Source: Chiloscyllium plagiosum (taxonomy: Eukaryota). From it: a stretch of 64,000 bases of DNA. The stretch spans positions 11,411,577 through 11,475,576 of the forward strand of contig NC_057735.1 of the NCBI RefSeq assembly GCF_004010195.1, given 5' to 3'. The stretch's first letter is position 1; the number at the start of each line of letters is the position of its first letter. A program made the position numbers and the translations under genes. Under the pieces are notes generated by a model. That model made no database searches and had not been told where the DNA came from. It worked only from the letters and a program-made list of their open reading frames with translations. Positions 1 through 11,699 of the stretch are shown piece after piece.

Positions 1-570
1 TGAAGACTGAGGGATGACCTTAGAGTCATAGAGCCATAGAAATGTATAGCACGGACACAGACCCTTCGGTCCAACCCATCCATGCTGACCCAGATATCCC
101 AATCCAATCTAGTCCCACCTGCCAGCACCCAGCCCATATCCCTCCAAACCCTTCCTATTCATATACCAATCCAGATGCCTTGTAAATGTTGCGATTGTAC
201 CAGCTTCCACCACTTCCTCTGGCAGCTCATGAGGGTATGGACAGGGTGAATAGACAAGGACTTTTTTCCCAGGGCAGGAGAAAAAAAACAAGAGGGCATA
301 GGTTTAATATGAGAAGGGAAAGATTTAAAAAGGACCTGAGGGGCAACTTTTTCATGCAGAAGGTGGTGCGTATATGGAACAAGCTACCAGAGAGAGTGGT
401 GGAGGCTGGTACAAGTACAATATTTAAAGGCATCTGAATGGCTACATGAATAGGAAGGGTTTAGAGGGATATGGGCCACAATCTAGCAAATGATCAGATT
501 GGGTTGTCTGGTCAGCAGGGACGAGTTGGACGAACGTAACTGTTTCCATGCTGCATGACTCTATGATTCC
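1..570. mobile_element. CR1/HER1-like LINE 3' ends: a minus-strand tail (~22-230) nested in a plus-strand tail
   Basis: ORFs 186..437 (+) and 109..291 (-) both give the CR1 ORF2 C-terminus (TRGH...FF.QKVV.IWN.LP..VVEAG); GACTCTAT-type tail repeats. Confidence 0.85.
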
Positions 571-781
571 ATAAAAGATTTGACGAGACAAGGTAGATGC
601 ATTTACGTCTTAACAGCCTGAGGTCTCCATATCACTTGCTTTTCCCAAGATCAAGACTTCAAACGTTGCATGCATATGATTTCTTTCTGGTCTGCTGAAG
701 AATGGAGTCAGGAGATTTAGGAAGACTAATTCATTGTGGGCTAATGCTTGCAGTACCTGCTTTCTCTTGCTCCATCCCAAG

Positions 782-3700
782 GGTTAGTCACTGACGCTGG
801 GAATGGTCAGAGAGTGAGGGTCAGTGTGTTACGGTGGAAATGATCAGAGAATGAGGGTCAGTGTGTGCCCCTGGGAATGGTCAGAGAGTGAGGTTCAGTG
901 TGTGACAGTGGGAATGGTCAAAGAGTGAGGTTCAGTGTGTGACCCTGGGAGTGGTCAGACAGTGAGGGTCAGTGTGTGACCATGGGAATGGTCAGGGAGT
1001 GTGGGTCAGTGTGTTACGGTGGAGATGCGCAGAGAATGAGGGTCAGTTTGTAATCCTGGGAATGGCCAGAGAGTGAGTGTCAGTATCTGACCCTGGAAAT
1101 AGTCAGAGAGAGAGGGTCGGTGTGTGACAGTGGGTATGGTCAGAGAGTGAGGTTCAGTGTGTGACGCTGGGAATGGTTAGAGAATGAGAGTCAGTCACTG
1201 ACCCTTGTAATGGTCAGAGAGCAAGGGTCAGTGTGTGACCCTGGGAATGGTCAGAGAGTGATGGTAAGTGTGTGACTCTGGGAATGGTCAGAGAGTGAAG
1301 GTCAGTGTGTGACCCTGGGAATGGTCAGAGAGTGAAGTTCAGTGTCTGACGCTGTGAATGGTTAGAGAATGAGAGTCAGTCACTGACCCTGGTAATGGTC
1401 AGAGAGTGAGGGTCAGTGTGTGACCCTGGGAATGGTCAGAGAGTGAGGATCGGTCACTGACCCTGGGAATTATCAGAAAGTGAGGGTCAGTGTGTGACCC
1501 TGGGAATGGTCAGAGAGTGAGGGTCAGACACTGACCCTGGGAATGGTCAGAGAGTGAGGGTCAGTGTATGACCCTGGGAATGGTCAGAGAGGGAAGGTCA
1601 CTGTGTGACCCTGGGAATGGTCAGAGAGTGAGGGTCAGTGTGTGACCCTGGGAATGATCAGAGAGTGAGGGTCGGTCACTGACCCTGGGAATGGTCAGAG
1701 AGTGAGGGTCAGTCACTGACCCTGGGAATGGTCAGAGAGTGAGGATCAGTTTGTGACGCTGGTAATGGTCAGAGAGTGAGGGTCAGTGAGTGACACTGGG
1801 AATGGTTAGAGAGTGAAGGTCAGTCACTGACCCTGTAAATGGTCAGAGAGTGAGGGTCAGTGTGTCACCCTGGGAATGATCAGAGAATGAAGTTCAGTCA
1901 CTGATCCTGTGAATGGTCAGAGAGTGAGTTTCAGTCACTGATACTGGGAATGGTCAGAGAGTGAGGGTCAGTAATTGACCCTGTGAACGGTCAGAGAGTG
2001 AGGGTCAGTCACTGAACCTGGGAATGGTCAGAGAGTGAGGGTCAGTGTGTCAACCTGGGAATGGTCAGAGAGTGAGGATCAGTGTGTGACCCTGGGAATT
2101 ATCAGAGAGTGAGGGTCAGTGTGTGACTCTGGAAATGGTCAGAGTGAGGGTCACTGTGTGACCTGGGGAATGGTCAGAGGGTGAGAGTCAGTGTGTGATG
2201 GTTGGAATGGTCAGAGAGTGAGGGTCAGCCACTGACCCTGGGAATGGTCAGAGTGTGAGCGTCAGTAATTAACCCTAGTAATGGTCAGAGAGTGAGGGTC
2301 AGTCACTGACCCTGGGAATGGTGAGAGAGTGAAGGTCAGTCACTGACCCTGGGAATGGTCAGAGAGTGAGGTTCAGCCACTGACCCTGGGAATGGTCAGA
2401 GAGTGAGGTCCAGTGTGTGACCCTGGGAATAGTCAGAGAGTGAGGGTCAGTGTGTGACCCTGGGAATGGTTAGAGAATGAAAGTCAGTCACTGACCCTGG
2501 TAATGGTCAGAGAGTGAGGGTCAGTGACCGACCCTGGGAATGGTCAGAGAGTGATGGTAAGTGTGTGACCCTGGTAATGGTCAGAGAGTGAGGGTCAGTG
2601 TGTGACCCTGGGAATGGTCAGAGAGTGATGGTAAGTGTGTGACCCTGTGAATGGTCAGAGAGTGAGGGTCGGTCACTGATCCTGGGAATGGTGAGACAGT
2701 GAGTGTCAGTGTGTGACCCTGGGAATGTTCAGTGAGTGAGGGTTAGTCACTGACCCAGGGAATGGTCAGAGAGTGAGAGTCAGTGTGTGACCCTGTGAAT
2801 GGTCAGAGAATGAGAGTCAGTGTGTGACCCTGGGAATGGTCAGCGAGTGAGGGTTGGTCACTGACCCTGGGAATGGTCAGAGAGTGAGGGTCAGTGTGTG
2901 ATGGTGGGAATGGTCAGAGAATGAGAGTCAGTCACTGACCCTGGGAATGGTGAGAGAGTGAGGGGCAGTGTGTAAACCTGGGAATGGTCAGAGAGTGACG
3001 GTCAGTCACCTACCTTGGAAATGGTCAGTCAGTGTGGTTCAGTGCGTGACCCTGTGAGTGGTCAGAGAGTGAGTGTCAGTGTGTGACCTTGGGAGTGGTC
3101 AGAGAGTGAGGGTCAGTGTATGACCCTGGGAATGATCAGAAGGTGAGAGTCAGTGTGTGATGGTGGGAATGGTCAGAGAGTGAGGTCCAGTGTGTGACTC
3201 TGGGAATGGTCAGAGAGTGAGGTCCAGTGTGTGACCCTGGGAATGGTCAGAGAGTGAGGGTCAGTGTGTGACCCTGGGAATGGTTAGAGAATGAGAGTCA
3301 GTCACTGACCCTGGTAATGGTCAGAGAGTGAGGGTCAGTGTGTGACCCTGGGAATGGTCAGAGAGTGATGGTAAGTGTGTGACCCTGTGAATGGTCAGAG
3401 AGTGAGGGTCAGTCACTGATCCTGGGAATGGTGAGACAGTGAGTGTCAGTGTGTGACCCTGGGAATGTTCAGAGAATGAGAGTCAGTGTGTGACCCTGGG
3501 AATGGTCAGAGAGTGAGGGTCAGTCACTGACACTGTGAATGGTCAGATGGTGAGGGTCACTCACTGACCCTGGGAATGGTGAGAGAGTGAGGGGCAGTGT
3601 GTAAACCTGGGAATGGTCAGAGAGTGACGGTCAGTCACCTACCCTGGAAATGGTCAGTCAGTGTGGTTCAGTGCGTGACCCTGTGAGTGGTCAGAGAGTG

Positions 3701-6700
3701 AGTGTCAGTGTGTGACCTTGGGAGTGGTCAGAGAGTGAGTGTCAGTGTGTGACCTTGGGAGTGGTCAGAGAGTGAGGGTCAGTGTGTGACCCTGGGAATG
3801 ATCAGAGAGTGAGTGTCAGTCACTGACCTTGGGAATGTACAGAGAGTGAGAGTCAGTGTGTGACCTGGGAATGGTCAGAGAGCGAGGGTCGGTGTGTGAC
3901 AGTGGGAATGGTCAGTAAGTGAGGGTCAGTCACTGACCCTGGGAATGGTCAGAGAGTAAGGGTCTGCGTGTGACCCTGGGAATAGTCAGAGAGTGAGGGT
4001 CAGTCACTGACCCTGGGAATGGTCAGAGAGGGAGGGTCAGTCACTGACCCTGGGAATGGCCAGAGAATGAGGGTCAGTGTGTGATGCTGGAAATGGTCAG
4101 AGAATGAGGTTCAGTGTGTGACCCTGGGAATGGTCAGAAAGTGAGGGCCGGTGTGTGACCCTGGGACTATTCAGAGAGTGATGGTCAGCGTGTGACTGTG
4201 AGAGTTGTCAGAGAGTGAGGGTCAGTGTGTGACCCTGGGAATGGTCAGAGAGTGAGGGTCAGTGTGTGACCCTGGGAATGGTGAGTGAGTGAGGGTCGGT
4301 GTGTGACAGTGGGAATGATCAAAGAGTGAGGTTCAGTGTGTGACCCTGGGAGAGGTCAGACATTGAGGGTCAGTGTGTGACCATGGGAATGGTCAGAGAG
4401 TGAGGGTCATTATGTGACCCTGGAAATGGCCAGAAAATGAGGGTCAGTGTGTGACCCGGGAATGGTCAGAGAGTGAGGGTCAGTGTGTGACCCTGGGAAT
4501 GGTCAGAGAGTGAGGGTCAGTGTGTTACGGTGGAAATGCTCAGCGAATGAGGGCCAGTATGAGACCCTGGGAATGGTCAGCGAGTGAGTGTCAGTATGTG
4601 ACCCTGGGAATGGTCAGAGAGTGAGGGTCGGTGTGTGACAGTGGATATGGTCATAGAGTGAGGTTTGGGGTGTGACCCTCGGAGTGGTCAAAGAGTGAGG
4701 GTCAGTATGTGACCCTGGGAATTATCAGAGAGTGAGGGTCAGTCACAGACCCTGGGAATGGTCAGAGAGTGAGGTCCAGTGTGTGACCCTGGGAACGGTC
4801 AGACAGTGAGGTTCAGTGTATGACCCTAGGAATGGTCAGAGAGTGAGAGTCAGTCACTGATCATGGGAATGGTGAGAGAGTGAGGATCAGTGTGTGACCC
4901 TGGGAATGGTCAGAGAATGAGGGTTGGTGTGTGACCCTGGGAATGGTCAGAGAGTGATGGTAAGTGTGTGACCCTGGAAATGGTCAGAGAGTGAGGGTCA
5001 GTCACTGACCCTGGGAATGGCCAGAGAGTGAGGGTCGGTGTCTGACAGTGGGAATGGTCAGAGAATGAGGTTCAGTGTGTGACCCTGGGAATGGTCAGAG
5101 AGTGAGCGCCAGTGTGTGACCCTGGGACTATTCAGAGAGTGATGGTCAGTGTGTGACTCTGAGAATGTTCAGAGAGTGAGGGTCAGTGTGTGACTCTGGA
5201 AATGGTCAGAGAGTGAGGGTCAGTGTGTTACGGTGGAAATAATCAGAGAATGAGGGTCAGTGTGCGACCCTGGGAATGGTGAGTGAGTGAGGGTCGGTGT
5301 GTGACAGTGGGAGTGGTCAGACAGTGAGGGTCAGTGTGTGACCATGGGAATGGTCAGAGAGCGAGGGTCATTATGTGACCCTGGAAATGGTCAGAGAGTG
5401 AGGGTCAGTGTGTTACGGTGGAAATGCTCAGACAATGAGGGTCAGTGTGTGACCCTGGGAATGGTCAGCGAGTGAGTGTCAGTATGTGACCCTGGGAATG
5501 GTCAGAGAGTAAGGGTCGGTGTGTGACAGTGGATATGGTCAGAGAGTGAGGTTCAGTGTGTGACCTTGGGAGTGGTCAGAGAGTGAGGGTCAGTCACTGA
5601 CTCTGGGAATGGTCAGAGAGTGAGAGTCAGTGTGAGACCCTGGGAATGGTCAGACAGTGAGGGTCAGTCACTGACCCTGTGAATGGTCAGAGAGTGAGGG
5701 TCCGTGTGTGACAGTGGGAATGGTCAGAGAGTGAGGTTCAGTGTGTGACCCTGGGAGTGGTCAGACAGTGAGGGTCAGTTTGTGATCATGGGAATGGTCA
5801 GAGAGTGAGGATCATTATGTGACCCTGGAAATGGTCAAAAAATGAGGGTCAGTGTGTGACCCGGGAATGGTCAGAGAGTGAGGGTCAGTGTGTTACGTTG
5901 GAAATGCTCAGAGAATGCGTGTCAGTATGTGACCCTGGGAATGGTCAGAGAGTGAGGGTCAGTGTGTGACAGTGGGAATGGTCAGAGAGTGAGGGTCAGT
6001 CACTGACCCTGGGAATGTTCAGAGAGTGAGGGTCAGTGTGTGACCCTGGGAATGGTGCGAGAGTGAGGGTCAATGTGTGACAGTGGGAATGGTCAGCGAG
6101 TGAGGGTCAGTATGTGACCCTGAGAATGGTCAGAGAATGAGGGTCAGTCACTGACCCTGGGAATGGTCATAGAGTGAGGGGCTGTCACTGACCCTGGGAA
6201 TGGCCAGAGAGTGAGGGTCAATGTGTGACCCTGGGAATGGTGAGAGAGTGAGGCTTGATGTGTGACAGTGGGAATGGTCAGAGATTCTGGGTCAGTATGT
6301 GACCCTGGGAATAGTCAGAGAGTGAGTGTCTTTATGTGACCCTGGGAATGGTCAGAGAGTGAGGGTCGATGTGTGACAGTGGGAATGGTCAGAGAGTGAG
6401 GGTCAGTGTGTGACCCTGGGAATGGTCAGAGAGTGAGGGTCACTGTGTGACCTTGGGAATGGTCATGGAGTGAGTGTCTTTATGTGACCATGGGAATGGT
6501 CAGAGAGTGAAGTTCAGTGTGTGACCCTGCGAGTGGCCAGACAGTGAGGGTCATTGTGTGACCTTGGGAATGATCAGAGACTGAGGGTCACTCACTGACC
6601 CTGGGAATGGTCAGAGAGTGAGATTCAGTGTGTGACCTGGGAATGGTCAGAGAGTGAGGGTCAGTATCTGACCCTGGGAATGTGAGAGAGTGAGGGTCAG

Positions 6701-7530
6701 TCACTGACCCTGGGAATGGTCAGAGAGTGAGAGTCAGTCACTGACCCTGGGAATGGTCAGAGAGTGAGGGTCACTGTGTGACCCTGGGAATGGTCAGAGA
6801 GTGAGGGTCAGTGTGTGACCCTGGGACTTGTCAGAGAGTGAGGTTCGGTCACTGACACTGGGAATGGTCAGAGAGTGAGGGTCAGTCACTGACCCTGGGA
6901 ATGGTCAGAGAGTGAGGGTCACTGTTTGACCCTGTGAGTGGTCAGAGAGTGAGGTCCAGTGTGTGACCCTGGGAATGGTCAGAGAGTGAGGGTCAGTGTG
7001 TGACGCTGGGAATGGTTAGAGAATGAGAATCAGTCACTGACCCTGGTAATGGTCAGAGAGTGAGGGTCAGTGTGTGACCCTGGGAATGGTCAGAGAGTGA
7101 TGATCAGTGTGTGACCCTGGGACTGGTCAGAGAGTGAGGGTCGGTCACTGACCCTGGGAATGGTCAGAGAGTGAGGGTCAGTCACTGACCCTGGGAATGG
7201 TCAGAGAGTGAGGTTCAGTGTGTGACCTTGGAAATGGTCAGAGAGTGAGGATCAGTATGTGACCCTGGGAACGGTCAGAGAGTGAGGGTCACTGTGTGAC
7301 CCTGGGAATGGTCAGAGAGTGAGGATCAGTGTGCGACCCTGGGAATGGTCAGAGAGTGAGGGTCAGTGTGTGACCCTGGGAGTGGTCAGAGAATGAGAGT
7401 CAGTGTGTGGCTTTGGGAATGTTCAGAGAGGGAGGGTCGGTGTATGACAGTGGGAATGGTCTGAGAGTGAGGGTCAGTGTGTGACCCTGGGAGTGGTCAG
7501 AGAAAGAGGGTTGATGTCTGACCCTGAGCA
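782..7530. repeat. 37-bp tandem satellite/minisatellite, ~180 copies, consensus GACCCTGGGAATGGTCAGAGAGTGAGGGTCAGT(GTGT/CACT)
   Basis: Unit period measured directly (GACCCT at 1496 and 1533); no ORF of 60 aa or more on either strand. Confidence 0.97.
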
Positions 7531-8506
7531 CTGAACAGAATGAATACCAGCCACTTACCCTGGGATTGTCCCTGAATGGTGACTGGCTACTGATTGAAGC
7601 CAGTTACTCATCTGATTATTCAACAGCTGGACAGCAATTGTTCATCTTCAATAAATTTGAGATTATAAAACACTTCTGACTCTCTCCAAGCTTCCACCAA
7701 GTCCCATTTACCTGTCATCAGATTTAACCTCCTCTGGCAACCTGTCCATTTTATAATTCATATACTTCCTGACCACATTGTCGTTATTTCCATAATCTTG
7801 TCCAAGCCTACAACCCTCATAAGACCTCAAAAGGCCTTCAGTTCTGGCACTCTCACATCCTCAGTTTTCATCATATGATCAAATAGGTTGATTAAGAATA
7901 TCTATAACTACAGGGAAATTGTTCGATATACTTAAAGGCTTCTTTGGTTAATTTCAAAGGCATTTTCTAACTAAATAAGAACAACTCTTCTTATTCCCTA
8001 GGAAAGCCAATCGAATCCATTGTCTGCTGTGACATAATGCAAATGTGAATAAAAGTATGAAAATTTACTGCTGTTTTAATTTGTGCAAGGGAATTTAGGG
8101 GATAATTTAAAGATTAAAATAAGGACACAGAGCTTTTAGAGTTTAGTGGGAGTCATGTACCAGGAAAGGTATGTTTAAGATTAAATATGAGTTTCTGACT
8201 GACCGGAGAAGTATTTTCACATCAAGGGTTTTGAGACTGTGGAAAATACTACCAGAAATCAAAACAGAGATCATTTTGACATTTATAAATACGTTGAAGG
8301 AGAGGAGAGTTATAAACTCTTTATTTGATTTCTTTTCTCTATGATGGAAAATTCTAACATTTTAAAGTTTAAGTGAAAATAAAAATATTGTGTTTGGAAT
8401 ACGATTCATTTTGAAGATTTACACTAACACAGACTGATGAGGTGGAACTGGCTGTTTCCCTCCCTCTGGATGTGACGTAATTCCTTTGTCGAACTGACCT
8501 TCATCA

Positions 8507-8842
8507 GCGTCACAGTGGGTCAGTGGTTAGCACTGCTGCCTCACAGCGCCAGGGACCCGGGTTCCATGTCAGCCTCGGGAGACTGTGTGGAGTTTGCACA
8601 TTCTCACCGTGTCTGCACGGGTTTCCTTCGGGTGCTCCAGTTTCCTCCCACAATCCAAAGATGTGCAGGTTAGGTGAATTGGCCATACTAAATTGCCCAT
8701 AGTGTTCAGGGATGTATAGGTTAGGTGCATTGTTCAAGGATAAATATAGGGTAGAGGAATAGGTCTGGGTGTGTTACTCTTCGTAGAGTTGGTGTGGACT
8801 TGTTGGGCCGAAGGGCTGTTTCCACACTGTAGGGATTCTACG
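8507..8842 (+). mobile_element. HE1-like tRNA-derived V-SINE
   Basis: CAGTGGTTAGCACTGCTGCCTCACAGC head, GTGGAGTTTGCACATTCTC...CCAAAGATGTGCAGGTTAGG core, CR1-like tail. Confidence 0.85.
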
Positions 8843-9279
8843 ATTCCTGAAAATCTTCCAACAAATCTTAACTGAGCTGCTGTCGAACACCTTTAGCACA
8901 AGTCTGGGTTTCGCTTCCTCAATGAAGGGCAATATAAATTCTCTTTCTCCTGAAGGATCTGAGGCAGGACTCTGTTCCTTCACGGGCCGGAGTCTCTCTC
9001 CTTTGTCACTCCAGAAAATGTGCTTTCTTAAATGTCCTTAGCAAAAGCATGTTTTTTTGTCCTGAAGCCTAAGAGTTTCTGTTCATTTTCCACACCTGAT
9101 CTTTTAACTCTGTTTTCGAAGAGTCCATTTCAGATTCATACTCCATAAGTCCATTCTGAATGAACCTTGTATCATTATGTCTTGCAAATAAGGGAGTCTT
9201 GAAAAAGGAAGTCTGTGGTCCTGCTCAGAAAATGAGCTCCAATTTGGAGAAATAAACTCTCTACCGTTCTCTTTCACAG

Positions 9280-9386
9280 CACGCCAAATTTTTCCATAAC
9301 AGTGGTACCTGCACTCGGAATTGTGGTTATACTGTCCCTTGTTGTGACTATCTATGCCACAAGATACAGGAAGAAAACTGCAGCTG
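9280..9386 (+). CDS. Gene A transmembrane exon of a type I immune receptor (probably CD300/pIgR-like): TPNFSITVVPALGIVVILSLVVTIYATRYRKKTAA
   Basis: Acceptor ttctctttcacAG and donor G|GTAAGT; uncharged hydrophobic segment followed by basic RYRKK; starts phase 2 (matching the stalk exons of the cluster), ends phase 1. Confidence 0.85.
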
Positions 9387-9898
9387 GTAAGTTAGAGAAT
9401 TCAGAACCTTCCAATTTCACATTGAAAGGCGAGCTTCTCAGCTTCCAATTGGACAAAGAGAGAGAGGCTAAACATTTCCTCAGAGCTGGTCCCACTAAAC
9501 TGACTGAAACTTTGTCAAAAGAGGGAATCTCGAGGTCATGGGGCTGCTGAGATAAATGGCATTAGAATCGTAGTATTATGCAATGCAGACGAAGCTCTTC
9601 GCCCCCATGGTGTCTGCACTGACACAAAGGAAACTCACAGTCAAATTGACAGTTACAAATTTTACTAAGGTCGCCTTTACACAGCCTTCCAGGTCAAAGT
9701 ACAGCATTAAGTCAAAGTACAGCATTAAGTGCTGTCTGCCTTTTCTGTCTGCTGTAAAAGTGTAAAATAAACAATGTATGGCCACTAGTTTGTCACAGGC
9801 TCTTGAACAGCCTAAATGCTAGGGTCAATGACTGTAAAGAACAGAGATTAACGCCAATACCAGGTGCAAAGGAAAAGAAAAAACTCACATTCATATAA

Positions 9899-10057
9899 GA
9901 GAAAGTGAGGACTGCAGATGCTGGAGATCAGAGTCAAGAGTGTGGTGCTGGAGTTCAGCCAATTCCTGATGAAGTGCTTATGCCTGAAACATTGATTCTT
10001 CTGCTCCTTGGATGCTGCCTGACCTGCTGTGCTTTTCCAGCAACACACTCTTGACTC
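9899..10057. mobile_element. Short Penelope-derived fold-back element (family 2)
   Basis: GAGAAAGTGAGGACTGCAGATGCTGG end; inverted arms; degenerate CTGATGA...GAAAC core; flanking cacatt(c/t)atata duplication. Confidence 0.7.
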
Positions 10058-10059
10058 AC

Positions 10060-10420
10060 ATTTATATAGCACCATTTACTCCTGCACATTCCAAAGTGCT
10101 TTGCAGCCAATTGTCACAAACGTAGAAAATGTAACAAGCTCCAAAACAAAACCATCTTCAGTGAAGTAGGTTGAGGGTAAGTTATTTGGTGGGACGCTGG
10201 GAAACAGTCACACACTCACCTTGGGAATCAGTGAGCCAAAAAGGCAGACGGCGGCCTCAGTCTGTCATCTCATCCACAATGCAAATATTAAACGATGAGC
10301 CCCTGCCTCAGTGGTGTATTGGAGTATCAGACAAGGCCTTTGTGTTTGACTTTATAAAGTGGGACTTGAACCTACAACCTACTGCCACAGAGTGTTACCA
10401 AATGAGCCACAGCTGACACC
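10060..10420 (-). mobile_element. Old Deu-domain-type (SacSINE1/AmnSINE1-like) SINE
   Basis: CATTTATATAGC tail; GTGGGACTTGAACC B-box and TGAGCCACAGCTGACAC head in antisense orientation. Confidence 0.5.
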
Positions 10421-10857
10421 TGCAGGAATCTTTAGGGCAGTCACAGTAAAGCTGAACAATGAATGAAAATATGCCTTGACCCCATAGATTTAAATAAAGC
10501 CTCAGATAAAGAACAATGTACAATGCAGCAAATACAGGAAGCAAGTATGCAAAGAGCTGGTGTAAATATCATCTTCCAAACAGATGTGGGTGGAAACCTA
10601 AATATGATGATAAGAATGAAATTTAAATACAGTGTTTAGTCGTTACAGACTATGTTTCAATGTTTTATTAACTAAATCAGTGAAATCAGTGCCATGTGTT
10701 CAAATCTCACTGCAATCAATAGTTTGACAGATAAGTTCTGCCAAATGAAGTGGTTTCAGATTATTTATGAATTGGAGATGTCGGTGTTGGACTGGGGTGT
10801 ACAAAGTTAAAAATCACACAACACCAGGTTATAGTCCAACAGGTTTAATTGGAAGCA

Positions 10858-10892
10858 CACTAGCTTTCGGAGCGCCGCTCCTTCATCAGGTG
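10858..10892 (-). ncRNA. Minimal (Penelope-type) hammerhead ribozyme motif
   Basis: Minus strand reads CAC-CTGATGA-A-GGAGC-GGC-GCTCC-GAAA-GC-TA-GTG: catalytic core, stem II, palindromic AGCT stem III, 3-bp stem I. Confidence 0.75.
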
Positions 10893-10954
10893 GTTGTGGA
10901 GGACACAATTGTAAGGCTATAAATTCTGTGCCTTAGAATTGTGTCCTCCTCAAC

Positions 10955-10989
10955 CGCCTGACGAAGGAGCTTCGCTCCGAAAGCTAGTG
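10955..10989 (+). ncRNA. Minimal (Penelope-type) hammerhead ribozyme motif
   Basis: CGC-CTGACGA-A-GGAGC-TTC-GCTCC-GAAA-GC-TA-GTG. Confidence 0.75.
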
Positions 10990-11643
10990 TGCTTCCAATT
11001 AAACCTGTTGGACTATAACCTGGTGTTGTGTGATTTTTAACTCAGATTATTTATATAATCTTTTATATCTTTTCATTTGGCTTCGTTGGCATTGGGGGAT
11101 TAGTTTGCTCAGTTGACTGGGCAGCTAGCTTATGATCTGGAGTGATACTAATAGCAAGTGTTCAACACTGCACCAACTGAGGTTACTGGGAAGGACTGTC
11201 CTTCTCAACGTCTCCCCTCACCTAAGGTTTGTTGAATCTCAGGTTAAAGCACCACTTTCAGTAATGGGAAAGTAAGAACATGATGCCTTTAACTTTATTG
11301 GAATTAACTATAGGGTCAACTTTTATAAAACACAGTGGATCGGCTTAAGTTGTAAAGACAGAAATGTTCCATGTTGTGTTTAAAGTAAGTGGATGAATAG
11401 GTTTATCAAAATAACACACAGAATGCCATTCACTGGTCTAAATTTGTGTATGCTGACATGAAATATTGCAGAGAACAATTTCTGAACTTGTGTGTCTGAA
11501 TCTGTTTTGCCAATACCCCTTATAAAAGAATGTTACATTTTAGGGAATATGTCTGTTACAAAATCAAAAGCATCAGGCAGATAATTAAATTATATCGTGG
11601 TGGATTTTACAGCACTGAATTCTTAAATCTTTGTCATTCTTAG

Positions 11644-11699
11644 GTGAGAAAGAGTTAAGACGCACCAGGGAAGATTCGAATCCGGTTTATAATGATATG
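11644..11699 (+). CDS. Gene A cytoplasmic exon 1: (G)EKELRRTREDSNPVYNDM
   Basis: ttgtcattcttAG acceptor and ATG|GTAAGA donor; phase 1 to 0, in frame with the TM exon. Confidence 0.75.

Larger units (their letters stand above)
10772..11042. mobile_element. Penelope-derived palindromic element (family 1), ~115-bp inverted arms
   Basis: 10804-10918 is the reverse complement of ~10930-11042; 13-bp duplication TCAGATTATTTAT at 10756 and 11042. Confidence 0.85.

Noticed and set aside
782-7530. 37-bp repeat as a CRISPR array or coding mucin repeat
   Set aside because: Units are contiguous with no unique spacers, there are no cas genes, and the context is eukaryotic; 37 is not a multiple of 3 and stops recur on both strands
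8002-8050. Possible extra exon after ttcttattccctAG upstream of the TM exon
   Set aside because: No convincing donor, no stalk-like composition and no paralogous support
8507-8580. tRNA genes at the heads of repeated elements (also 17460, 20305, 35676, 40781, 53859)
   Set aside because: These are tRNA-derived SINE heads followed by the V-SINE core and LINE tail, not cloverleaf tRNA genes
9302-9550. ORF 9302..9550 as a standalone 82-aa protein
   Set aside because: Only 9280-9386 lies between splice sites; the remainder is intron read-through
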